Shown here in pieces: positions 22,025 to 31,806 of a stretch of DNA of 64,000 nucleotides; within the stretch, counting starts at the first letter, position 1; the number at the start of each line of letters is the position of its first letter. The notes beneath the pieces are model-generated. The model was given only the letters and a program-made list of their open reading frames with translations, was not told the DNA's origin and made no database searches. This DNA is from Pelagomonas calceolata. Lineage: Eukaryota. The position numbers and the translations under genes were made by a program. Where the stretch lies: positions 930,001-994,000 of the forward strand of contig CAKKNE010000005.1 in assembly GCA_918797485.1 (NCBI GenBank), written 5' to 3'.

Positions 22025-22815
22025 CAGCACAATGTCATCTAGAGCGTCATTCCCATCGTGCGGGGCTGGTCCGTACTCCGACGAGCGAAGGGTTGAGCCA
22101 ACGGCCGCGGCCTCACGAGATGTGTGAGGTCGCGGACACATCGAGATGTGTGAGGCCGCGGACCGTGGTCCGGGCCGCGACTCTGGGTACACTTGTTCAA
22201 AGGCGTGACGATCACGTATAGATCTCATCCTAGCACTGGCGCGCCGCCTCGGGCGGACCAGCACGTCAGTATGCTGGGCAAGACGATCCCCGACCTGCGT
22301 GAAGAAGTTGCCGGAGGTTCTCGCGTTTTTTTCTTTAAGAAAACCGACGACGGCGGGGCGCGACATCTGCGAGAAGACGATTCTCTGGAAGGAGAGCAGG
22401 CGGCGGCGAACGCAGGCGGCGGCGAACGACGACGCCGCGCCGACGCCCGCGCCGAGCGACGGCGCCGAGCAGAGCAGCAGCTCTGACTCGAGCTCGGACG
22501 AGGAGATCAGCTCAGACTCAGACTCGGACGATGATTGTGATCCGTCGCTTAGGCGCCGACGCGCTCACGACGGAGCGACCGCCGTCATAACCTTCTCGTC
22601 TCCCCGCCTCCTCCTTCATCAATCCCCTCACCAAAAATCGCACACTAAATCGACCTTTCTTTAGAAGAAGCAGACCTGCGGCGAGCGACTTCGAGGGCTA
22701 TAGCGTCAACGAGCACCCGGGGCAACGCCGCGCGCCGCGAACCCCGCACGCTAGGATGGAGGACTCGTTGCTGCAGACTGGATCGTACAAATGCGGTATA
22801 TTAGGCCCCCAGTCT

Positions 22816-23631
22816 TCACGGCGACCGGTCCAGGTAGTTGCTGCCGGCGCGCGTGCGGTAGTGGGCGTTCGCGCGGCGGATCTGCCCGTCCATCCATGGG
22901 AGCAGCCGGAACCGCGGCGCGTCCTCGTAGACGGGGCGCTCCCACTGCGAAGAACGCAGGTTGTACGAGCACCAAAAGACGTCGTCGGCGAACCAGGCCA
23001 TCGCCCAGTCGCCAGGCGGGGTTTCCGTGGGTTTGCGGCCGCCACACGCCGCGCATTGCAAGAAGCCGGCTTCGGCGCCGGTGTGGCGGTACGTGCAGGC
23101 CGGACACGCCCAGGGCGGCGCCCGAGCCCGCGGCCGAACCAGCTGCCGAACCAGCTGCCGAGCCCGTCGCCGAGCCCGCGTCCAAGCCGACGGCCGATCC
23201 GCCGGCCGAGCCGGCTCGGCCGGCGACCGAACCCACGTTTGCTTGGGTCGCGGCGCGGGCCGCCCCGGCCAGTTGTGCTGGGGCGGGTACACGTCCGCGG
23301 GGGTTCCGTCCGAGGTAGCGTCGACGGCGGGCGGCGGCGCGGCACGCGTGGGCTTCTCCCACTGCGCGCGCTCGTGCAAAACGCTCCGGAAGTAGACGCG
23401 GTGGTCCGGCGCGCCCATGCGCCGCACCTCCCAGTCGCCGGGGAGCCGCGTCAGCTCCCTCAAACTAAGGTCGCGCCACGTAGTGTTCGTGCGACCAAGA
23501 CAACCAAGGTCCTGCGTCGTCGCGAAGCGCAGCACCTTGAGGCTCACGTCAGTCGGCAGCGTTTTGCCGCCCCGCATGGGTATGATCATGGTGCCGCTCA
23601 CCGCCAGTTTGCTTCGCAGGTCTTGCGCCAT
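22816..23631 (-). CDS. Protein with F-box-like, WW, RanBP2-type zinc finger and second WW-like domains
   Basis: LPTDVSLKVL; LPGDW..VYF..QWEKP; WACPACT..CAACG; SQWERP. Confidence 0.7.
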   Translation of the reverse strand: MAQDLRSKLAVSGTMIIPMRGGKTLPTDVSLKVLRFATTQDLGCLGRTNTTWRDLSLRELTRLPGDWEVRRMGAPDHRVYFRSVLHERAQWEKPTRAAPPPAVDATSDGTPADVYPPQHNWPGRPAPRPKQTWVRSPAEPARPADRPSAWTRARRRARQLVRQLVRPRARAPPWACPACTYRHTGAEAGFLQCAACGGRKPTETPPGDWAMAWFADDVFWCSYNLRSSQWERPVYEDAPRFRLLPWMDGQIRRANAHYRTRAGSNYLDRSP

Positions 23632-23634
23632 TTC

Positions 23635-23853
23635 TCACGCGCCGAAGAGCATCTCCACAAAAATACAAACGATGTTCAGCGGGATGAGGATGGGCCGCAG
23701 GTACTGGGCCGCCTTGGCGAAGTTCACGGCTTGCGTCGCCATTTCGTTCGAGCAGCGAGCTTCTACTTTATCGAGAAATCGGGGCCGGTTGAGGATCGCA
23801 ATGGCGTTGCAGCCGAGCAGGCAGACCTTGATCATGGACCAGAGGGAGAGCAT
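23635..23853 (-). CDS. YOS1: Yos1/IER3IP1-like small ER membrane protein
   Basis: LL.CNAIAILN..RFL ... LRPILIPLNIV..EMLFG pattern; 72 aa. Confidence 0.8.
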   Translation of the reverse strand: MLSLWSMIKVCLLGCNAIAILNRPRFLDKVEARCSNEMATQAVNFAKAAQYLRPILIPLNIVCIFVEMLFGA

Positions 23854-24149
23854 CACTGATCGCGGCCGCTAAGGCGCCAAATGCCTTGAGATCGGGGGTG
23901 CGGCAGCGCGGCAGCTGCGAGGGTCTGAAGCCGACGTCTCCGCGTCCGCACGTCACGCGTGAGCTCACAGCGCAGCTCTTTTGGCCTGTACGGCTTTTCC
24001 TAGTGTCTTTACGCAACGCTAGCTCGCTCAATTTCTCGCTCGCAACCTAGCAGCCGTGCCGCCCGCCCGATAGGCACCCGTGCTGCGCGCGCGCGTTCCC
24101 TCCCCTAGTATAAAATAACGCCGGGGCTCGCCGGGGGTCATCGCTGCGT

Positions 24150-25925
24150 ATGGCCGAGGTAGCTAGTAGCGCCCCTGCCCCCGCGGGCGAAACGCCCGCG
24201 GCGGAGGCGCCCGCGCCCGACGCCGCAGCGTCACGCGAGGCGGCGCCGATGGACGTCGACGATAATAGTTCCGAGGACCCCATCCTAGTGAGCCTCGAAA
24301 GCGAGGCGAAGCACGTCGCGCATGCTCCATTAGTGGACCCCGACGCCGTCGAGATGAGATTACTACCATTACTCGACAGCGAAGGGCGGCTCCAGGACGG
24401 CACGGAGGTCGGCGCGCGCGTCCACGCGTTATGCGAGAAAATACCCCGAGACGCCGAGACGACGAAAGGAGTGTTGTTAGTGGTATTAAGGAGGACCTGC
24501 GCGTTGGTCGAGAAGGACAACGGCAAGAAGCTCGCCATGAGGGCCTTCCTCAACGCGGGAGGTCTGAGGCCGCTCGGCACGTGGCTCGAACGAGCAGATA
24601 AAGAGCGCTCGGACGACTTCGTACGCCTTTTGCTGGACGCTCTAAGCGACTTACCGGTAACGGCACGCCTCGTCAAAGCGTCCGACGTCGGCAAGATCGT
24701 CAAGCGCCTGAAGAAAGACCGGAAGGAGAGCGGAGATCAAAACATGGACTCGGCGTACAAGGGCCTCATGCAGAACTGGTACGAGAAAGCAAATAAGGGC
24801 GACGACGAGGAGGAGCGGAAGCTCGTGGCGCTCGAGGCCCAAGCGAGAAAAGCGACGGAGAAGAAGAAGCGGAGCGCGAAGAAACGGTCGTCGCAGCCGA
24901 CCGATGTTCTGGCGAGTGCACTCCATCAAAAGAAACGTGCCAAAGTCCCCGACGAGGCCATGGATCGAAGTAGGGCCGCGCGCATCGAAGCGAGGCGGCA
25001 GGGTAGATTAGGTGGCGGTGTGGAGACCCTACAGCTCGCTCACGAGTCAAACGTCGCCTTCGACGACGACGGCCAGCCCATCACGTCGCGGCCGATCGAT
25101 CCTGAATTAGCTGAGAGACTAGCTAAGCGTACTACAAGGGTCAAGTGGGCCGACGACAACGGCAAAGAGATCGCAAGCTACTGCGAGCCCGTCGAGGGCT
25201 GGTTGGATGATGGCGGCCACCACGGCCCGTCGGCCGACGACGGCTTGACGGCCAAAGAAAGGCAGAAAAAAGAGCGCGAGATGGAGGCCAGGGCCCTGGG
25301 CAAGGCCAAGGAATTGGAAAATGCGGAGAAGAAGGCGGAAGAGGTGGAATATCAACGGAAGCTCGACGCGCAGAAACCGCAAATAGCGTGGCGGGAGCCG
25401 CCTCCCCTGAAATTGGGCGAGGACGTCGCGGAGCCGGAGGTTGTTGCTACTGAGCCTGCTACACAAGCTTCTCGGCAGAAGAGATTGATGGAGGCTCGGT
25501 ACTTCCACGCGAGAGATATCCCGGACAACCCCGCGGACGACGGCATGGAGACGTTTCGTCTTGATTCTTCTACCGTTGAAATACCAGCACAGGAGTTGGA
25601 AAAACAACCTGAAGAGGTTGTTGCGGAACCAGAGCCGGCGCCGCCGCCCGTACCAGCACCGCCTCCTCAAGACGTGTGGACGGCGCCGACGCCGCAGTTC
25701 ACGCCGTCCTTCGGCGGGCAGCAGCAGTACTACCCGCCGCCGCCGCCGCGCGCCGCGAACGCGCCGCGCGGGCTACCGGAGGCCATCACACGGCTGGACG
25801 AGGACGCGTTGCGGTTCCTGCTCCAGAACCAGGCGTTGTACGACTCGCTCTTTGTGGAGGGCGAACTGGACGAGAGTCGCTTGCGGGACGTCATCGCGAA
25901 CTTCCGGCGGGGACCGCGGCGGTAA
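24150..25925 (+). CDS. TFIIS-N domain protein with PP1-docking motif (PNUTS/PPP1R10-like)
   Basis: LPVT..L..S.VGKIVKRL..W TFIIS-N pattern and RVKW motif. Confidence 0.7.
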   Translation: MAEVASSAPAPAGETPAAEAPAPDAAASREAAPMDVDDNSSEDPILVSLESEAKHVAHAPLVDPDAVEMRLLPLLDSEGRLQDGTEVGARVHALCEKIPRDAETTKGVLLVVLRRTCALVEKDNGKKLAMRAFLNAGGLRPLGTWLERADKERSDDFVRLLLDALSDLPVTARLVKASDVGKIVKRLKKDRKESGDQNMDSAYKGLMQNWYEKANKGDDEEERKLVALEAQARKATEKKKRSAKKRSSQPTDVLASALHQKKRAKVPDEAMDRSRAARIEARRQGRLGGGVETLQLAHESNVAFDDDGQPITSRPIDPELAERLAKRTTRVKWADDNGKEIASYCEPVEGWLDDGGHHGPSADDGLTAKERQKKEREMEARALGKAKELENAEKKAEEVEYQRKLDAQKPQIAWREPPPLKLGEDVAEPEVVATEPATQASRQKRLMEARYFHARDIPDNPADDGMETFRLDSSTVEIPAQELEKQPEEVVAEPEPAPPPVPAPPPQDVWTAPTPQFTPSFGGQQQYYPPPPPRAANAPRGLPEAITRLDEDALRFLLQNQALYDSLFVEGELDESRLRDVIANFRRGPRR

Positions 25926-25928
25926 CAT

Positions 25929-26378
25929 TTAGGTTATGAGGCTAGGCGCGGCGATGGCGCTTCGCGCGCGGACCGCGGCGGGGGGGCTAATTTCCTGCGA
26001 TGTATTATCCCATAAACGCGGCGACGACCCCGGGGCCATCTTTCGTCGATACGGCGTCAAACGCGAGCGGCGCGGGGAGCCCCTCGCTTTGAAATTCGCG
26101 GCTCCACCACGCGTCTGGAGGCTTCTGCGCCAGGCCGTGCTTCGGCACGCGTTCGCCGCACGTCGCGTTCGACGGAAGGCCCACCATGCAGCCGTCCCAG
26201 CCGCAGCCGTTGCTCCGGGCGACCGCACAGACCCACCGGCAGATGTGCCGCCCGGCGACGAGCTGCAAAAAATCCTAGGGCCGGCGGCGGAGGCGTTCCA
26301 CCAGGCCTGGAGCTGGGCGGCGTCGTAGCGGAGCGCCGACGCGCACAATAGCGTAGTCACGAGGAGGAGGACGCGCAT
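25929..26378 (-). CDS. Small secreted hypothetical protein; 3' frame uncertain, possible frameshift near the A-run at ~26270
   Basis: Signal peptide MRVLLLVTTLLCASA. An alternative Cys-rich frame exists at 26005-26268. Confidence 0.4.
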   Translation of the reverse strand: MRVLLLVTTLLCASALRYDAAQLQAWWNASAAGPRIFCSSSPGGTSAGGSVRSPGATAAAGTAAWWAFRRTRRAANACRSTAWRRSLQTRGGAANFKARGSPRRSRLTPYRRKMAPGSSPRLWDNTSQEISPPAAVRARSAIAAPSLIT

Positions 26379-26385
26379 CGTTTTT

Positions 26386-26610
26386 TTAGAGACCGAGGGC
26401 CCACTGCCCGAGCGGGTATACGACAAAGACCATAGCCAATACTGCGAAGAGGATGCCGTGGACGTCCACGTCGTCGTCGTTGGGTAGCGTTGGTGGCGGC
26501 GGCTGGCGGCGCGTCGGGCGCTCTCTTTTCCAGGGCTCCTTGCCGTTTTGAATAGCCCACGTGTCGTTCCCGTTGTGCGCATGTCGCGTCCGAGAATTGC
26601 CTCTGCCCAT
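26386..26610 (-). CDS. Small hypothetical membrane protein
   Basis: 74-aa ORF with a C-terminal hydrophobic helix. Confidence 0.4.
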   Translation of the reverse strand: MGRGNSRTRHAHNGNDTWAIQNGKEPWKRERPTRRQPPPPTLPNDDDVDVHGILFAVLAMVFVVYPLGQWALGL

Positions 26611-26824
26611 CGTTCACAGGGTCAGTGCAGCTTTTGCCTATCTCACCGGCCCCCTAGGTCTGTTTTTTGGCACCAGCGTGGGTCGACAGTGTGTAACAGA
26701 AGAGAAACGAATTCTTAAGCGTGAATTCGTCGCACGCGCGCTCCTTGAATTGATGAACCCGATTTGATCCTGCCCCCAAACTCACAAAAACGCCGCCGAG
26801 CCCGCAAGCCCCAGCCAACGCACA

Positions 26825-27562
26825 ATGATCCTCACAACTTGCGCCGCCTGCGCCGCCCCACTGGCCCACGACGCGCCGCGATGCGTTAGATGTAAAACGC
26901 GCTACTGCAACGCCACTTGCCAGCATGACCATTGGAAGACGTACGTGGGGCGGCCGGAGACGGGCGGCCAGGTTCGGCAAATGGCGATGAACCTGCTTGG
27001 GGCTGGCTTATCCGAAGCATACCACTTCGAGGACGCGTTGACCGTGTTAGAGGCCGAGTTGGCTATGAAGCGGCGCCTTGGCTCATCAGAGCAAAACATT
27101 CTCGTCGCGCAGACCAATATTGCCTTATGCTACTACAAGCTCGGGCGTCACCAAGAGGCCTTAGATCTGCGCCGGGAGATATATGCCAGAGGTTTGGCTC
27201 TTGGCGTTCCAAGTAAGGACTTATTTATTGACGTGCTCAACCTTTCTTGGTCGATGAAAGAATGCGGACTTTGTGCTGAGTCGAAATCATTTCTTCGCGA
27301 GCAGCTACCTGCGGCCCGCCGCGCGCTCGGCGCGGATCACGACACCGTAATACAACTTCGCTGGCAGCACGCGGATGCCCTTCGTTTGAGCGACGGCGCC
27401 TCCCGCGACGACGTGGTCGAAGCCGTGACCCTTCTCGAGGAGCTCTCCCGGACGACCCAACGCATATACGGTACATCGCATCCTCTCGCAAACGACATAC
27501 GCAATGCCCTCGGCTGGGCGCGAGAGACGCTCGCCGCGTTCGACACGAGTACTAGTAAGTAA
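26825..27562 (+). CDS. MYND-type zinc finger plus TPR-like helical repeats
   Basis: CAAC..CVRCK.RYC...CQ..HW followed by kinesin-light-chain-like TPR segments (LGADH.T, IYG.SHP). Confidence 0.75.
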   Translation: MILTTCAACAAPLAHDAPRCVRCKTRYCNATCQHDHWKTYVGRPETGGQVRQMAMNLLGAGLSEAYHFEDALTVLEAELAMKRRLGSSEQNILVAQTNIALCYYKLGRHQEALDLRREIYARGLALGVPSKDLFIDVLNLSWSMKECGLCAESKSFLREQLPAARRALGADHDTVIQLRWQHADALRLSDGASRDDVVEAVTLLEELSRTTQRIYGTSHPLANDIRNALGWARETLAAFDTSTSK

Positions 27563-27570
27563 ACAAGAAA

Positions 27571-30518
27571 CTACGAATTAAGCGACTGGTCCTCGACGAG
27601 CGCCGCCGCGGCGTCGACGACCTTCTCTTCAGCCGCGGACACCTCCTCGAAGGACGGGAAGTCGACCGGTCTAAAAGAAGCCGTCATAGGTGTTGGTGAC
27701 TCCGGCATCATGCGAGAAGCACCTAAATCCAAAGAAGACGTCCGCGGCAGCGTCTGAGCTGAGGATAATGGTGTTCCTACCGCTTCATTGGTCACGGCAG
27801 CCAGCGTTTGGAGCGTCGGCAGGACCTCCTCCTCGTCCAGAAAAAACGAAGCTCGAGAGAGCCGTCTCCCGACCGTGACGGAGAAGCTATGTGGAGAGCC
27901 CTCAAACAGCTCAAAGACATCTTCCTCGGAGTAGACTTCGTCGCCAACAGCTAAAATGAGGTCATACGAATCAAAGGAAGGAATCGCGCCGCGCAGGGCC
28001 CGGCCCGGACTCACCCGGGCGGGCTGGACCACCACGGACTTCTTTAATGAAGACATCACAACTCTCACCGGTCGGTGCTCGACGACGACCTCCAAGTGCA
28101 GCTGTAAATTTTTAGCTTGTTGTATGCCGAAGTCCGGGTCCGCGTCGCGGAAGTACCAGCACAACCGCGCGTCCGTCGTCTCCAAGGCGCTTCCGGGCGT
28201 CCGTCTCGTAAATGATTCCAAGATGGGCGCCACTTCGTCGCGCCACGTCAAGTCGACCGCTCTACGAGGCGGCTCCCAATCCGAACTCACCTCGTCCTCG
28301 TCGTCTTTCTCCGGCGACTCGACTTCGAGCGACGTGTCGGACGGGTGGCCTAACAGAGACGTGGCTAGGGACGTGCCGGAATCTTTCTGCGCGAGGGGAC
28401 TCGGTGCCCGTCGGACCCAATAGCCAGCTTCTGCTACTAGTCCCAATCGTGGTAGTTGATCACGAGATAACCATTCATCTAAATCGTCGCGTCTCCTCCC
28501 ACTTAACACGTAGACCGTGTTTCTAGAGTCGGCACATAGAGCTCGAAGCGCGGATACGAGTGTGGGTGAGGGCTGCGCGAGTCTCGGTAGTGAAGCATGA
28601 GGCGCCAGGGCCCCGTCGTACTCTAGCACTAAAAGTCGTCGTCGAGACCGCTCGTAGAAGGACCGTAATTGCGCGACGTCCAGTGGCAACAAAGTTGCGT
28701 GCGCCGCGGTGCGCTCGCGAGCCAACCGCAATTCCCTCACTAATCGACGCCCCCACAACGAGGCAGTATACGTGTTCACGTATCTCCCGAGGGCGTGGTG
28801 CCGCAGTCGTCGCTCCGTCACTTTCATGGCCAGGGCGTTGTGGAGCGCGTCGGCGACGCCTGTGTGGAAGTCAACCAGTGAGTCGCGTCGATGGCGTGCG
28901 ACGCCCGACCTTTGATTTCCACACAACACCTAACCTTCCGCATCATAAGGGTTCACGATGAGCGCACCGCCACTAAAGGAGGAAGCACACCCGGCGAACT
29001 CGGAGTAGACGAGCACGCCGGGCGGCGAGTCGTCCCGCCGCGCCGCTTGGCACGCGACGTACTCCATGGCCCATAAATTAACACCTTCCCTCACCGAGGC
29101 TATGAGCGCCACATCGGCAGCCACATACAGCGCCTTCACTTCATCTTCACCGAGTCGTCTCTTGACATAATGCACGGGCACGTAATCGGCCCGGCCGAAC
29201 CTCCCGTTCACGTGACCTACCAATGCATCTACGGCTCGTCTGAGAGGTGCGTCGACGCGTCGCCCGCGATCTCTACAGCATAATACTAATACCGCTCTTC
29301 CTCTCCATTCGGGCTTTCTGTCTAGTAGAGCTTCTAACGCTAGTAACCGCTGGGGGATGCCTTTTGAGGCGTCGAGGGCGTCCAACGATAACACCACTCG
29401 TCGGCCCGTCACTTTCAGTTTTTTTACCTTGTCCTTGATTGACTCCTCCACAACAAAGCGTCTCGGATCGATGCCCGCGGGGCAGATCGACACCGAGACG
29501 AGTCGCCCGAGGTATTCTAGCCGCGACGGGGCGGACTCCAACCCAAGGACGCGCATGCACGCGTTGAGGAAGTGCCGCACGTAGTCGAAGTGGTTGAAAC
29601 TGATCAGATCAGCTCCCAACGCACCCCGCAAGAGCTGTTCGCGCGCGGGCAGCATGCGGTAGTATTCTGAGGAGGGGAACCTGCGCACGGTGACGCCATC
29701 GCCGCGACGCATCGAGGCGCGCCGCTCGCACGTCTCTCGCGCGTCGCGGCGACGGCGCCGACGCCGTGTCTCTCTTCGCGCGGCAGCGACGCGCTGACGG
29801 CGCGACGGGAGGCTCCCCTCGACGCCATCGACGCGAACACGGAAAGCCGGGACGCTGGACCGCACGGGCAGTGGCAGAAGAACCCGACCGGCGCGTCCGG
29901 GAACCGCCCGCGAATCATCGCCGGCAGCAGCATCAATTCGTAGTCGTGGACTAGGACCACGTCGCCCTCCTGGTACTCGAGCGCGACCGCTTCCAAATAT
30001 TTCTGATTGGCCTGCACAAAAGCCTCATAGAGATCAGTTCTACCAGTGACATCTGTCGGTAGAGAATGAAATAGGGGCCACAGGACCCCATGGCAAAAAC
30101 GCGCGTAGAAGGCCTCCACCAGGTCTCGTTCCAGAAACACGGGCCGGCAATTGAAGTCATCTTCGAGCCTTTGCCTCACGCCCTCCTGACTCGTCTTTTC
30201 CACGGCGCAGCCCGGCCAGGCGACCCATCTACATTCCACTCCATCATTTTGTAATGCATTTACCGCGGACGTCAATCCAGAGCGAGAGGTCTCGTATTTA
30301 AATGAAGCCTCGCCGAAGGGCTTTTCTAATCGTACAGGGCGTCTTGTAGCACAAATGATGAGTTTCTTGGGCGGTTCCAAGAGACTGGGCGTCGCGTCGA
30401 CCTCGTCTTTTTGTCTCTCTGCTAGTTGTCTGTGTAATTCTTGCAGCTGCTCTAGTACTTCTTCCTCATTAAGCTCGGGCTCGTCATCACTCGCGTCGCG
30501 CTCGTCGAAGTCGGACAT
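27571..30518 (-). CDS. TPS: Trehalose-6-phosphate synthase/phosphatase; join(30518..29866,29680..28935,28859..27571), 895 aa
   Basis: LWPLFH, VHDYEL, HCP|FPSSE, REGVNL, SEFAGC, VNPYD, EYDG.L, LSGR and AVGD. In frame after two introns. Confidence 0.92.
28860..28934 (-). mobile_element. Introner-derived intron (element 28860-28926)
   Basis: TIR ctgtgtggaagtcaa/ttgatttccacacaa. Donor GT lies exactly 8 nt outside the TIR. Confidence 0.8.
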
Positions 30519-30901
30519 CGCGTCGACGGCGTAGCGCTCTGAGCTGCTCGCAGCAGAGCAGCCAGGAGGGCGCGATGGGGCGCAGGACTGCAGCCAACGC
30601 TCGCGTGCGTTAGTATTGGTCCCAGGCGAGCACTTATCCTGCGCGCGCGACCAGTACTCACAGCAGAGCGCCGCTTGCGTTTTTGGTGCTTCCTAGTGTC
30701 TTTTTGGACCGCTAGCCAGAAAAAAATAGTCGTGTGAAATCTTCGCAGTTTGACGTACCGTGCTCCTGCAGCGGACGAGACTGCGAACCCAGCGCGCTAC
30801 GAACGACTCTTGACAGCCTGCTTTGCAGCTTCATATACTTTTCGTGGCCCAAATCCGCTCAACAAGCGTAGAGAGGGCCCAGATTGCACAGCACCAGTAT
30901 T

Positions 30902-31669
30902 ATGGCCAGGCTCCTCCTCGTCGCCGCGACCGCCACCGCTCTGAGGCCAGCGGCGACGCCTAGAACACGATTGACACAATTACGAGCCGAGCCGCTCACG
31001 GAAGCAAGGAACGCGCTGCGCGGCGCCGCCGCCGCGGTAGAGCCACAACTTAAGGCACTAGAGAGGGAAGTCCAGGACGCCAAGAACGCGGCGGACGCCG
31101 CCCAGCGCGCCACGGACGCCGCCCTCGCGCGCGCGGCCGCCGCCGAGGCCGCGGCACGGACGGCCGAGACCGAACGATTAAATGCTGAGCAAATCCGCGA
31201 GCAGGCCTGGGAGGCCGCCAAGGCCAAGGCCGCCGACCGCGGGCGGTTGGATCAAGCATTAGCCGAGTGCGCCAAGGCCGAGGAGGCCGCTCGTAATGCT
31301 GACGAGGAGACCAAACGGGCGATCGCCGTGGACGGCGGCGCCGCGAATATTGAGGAGTTGAAGGCCGCGGCGGAGAAGGCCGACGCCGCCGCCTTGGCCG
31401 CGGACGAGACGATGGCGCAAGAGGTGGACCGCATCGGCGATGCGGCTGCTTCGAAATTGGACAGGGCCGCGGCGCAGGCGGAAGAGCTCCGCAAGGAGTT
31501 GAAGGAGGACCCGTCCGACGCGACGGCCGGTGTCGCGCTGGGCGCCGCGGGCCTGGCGGGGTTTTTGTTATTGGCGGGCATCGGCGGGCCGGGCGCGGGC
31601 GTCGTCGGTGCTTGTGGCGGCGCGTTGGCGCTGCTGACGTTCGGATCGGTCCCCGCCGAGAAGCAGTAG
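30902..31669 (+). CDS. Coiled-coil protein with targeting peptide and C-terminal TM helices
   Basis: MARLLLVAATATALRP; Ala/Glu heptads; hydrophobic tail. Confidence 0.7.
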   Translation: MARLLLVAATATALRPAATPRTRLTQLRAEPLTEARNALRGAAAAVEPQLKALEREVQDAKNAADAAQRATDAALARAAAAEAAARTAETERLNAEQIREQAWEAAKAKAADRGRLDQALAECAKAEEAARNADEETKRAIAVDGGAANIEELKAAAEKADAAALAADETMAQEVDRIGDAAASKLDRAAAQAEELRKELKEDPSDATAGVALGAAGLAGFLLLAGIGGPGAGVVGACGGALALLTFGSVPAEKQ

Positions 31670-31806
31670 GCTCTGATTCATCTAAGTATGAGGGCAGGGG
31701 GCGGGGCGGGCGGGCGGTAACACAGGGAGGCGTCGGTCTGGTATCATAGTAGTTATTACATAGGAGTAGTACAGGGTCGTTCTTCGAGGATCACAGCAGA
31801 TCCAGC

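Noticed and set aside
23130..23230. 12-nt tandem repeats (ccagctgccgaa-like)
   Set aside because: Short coding minisatellite in a linker; no further structure.
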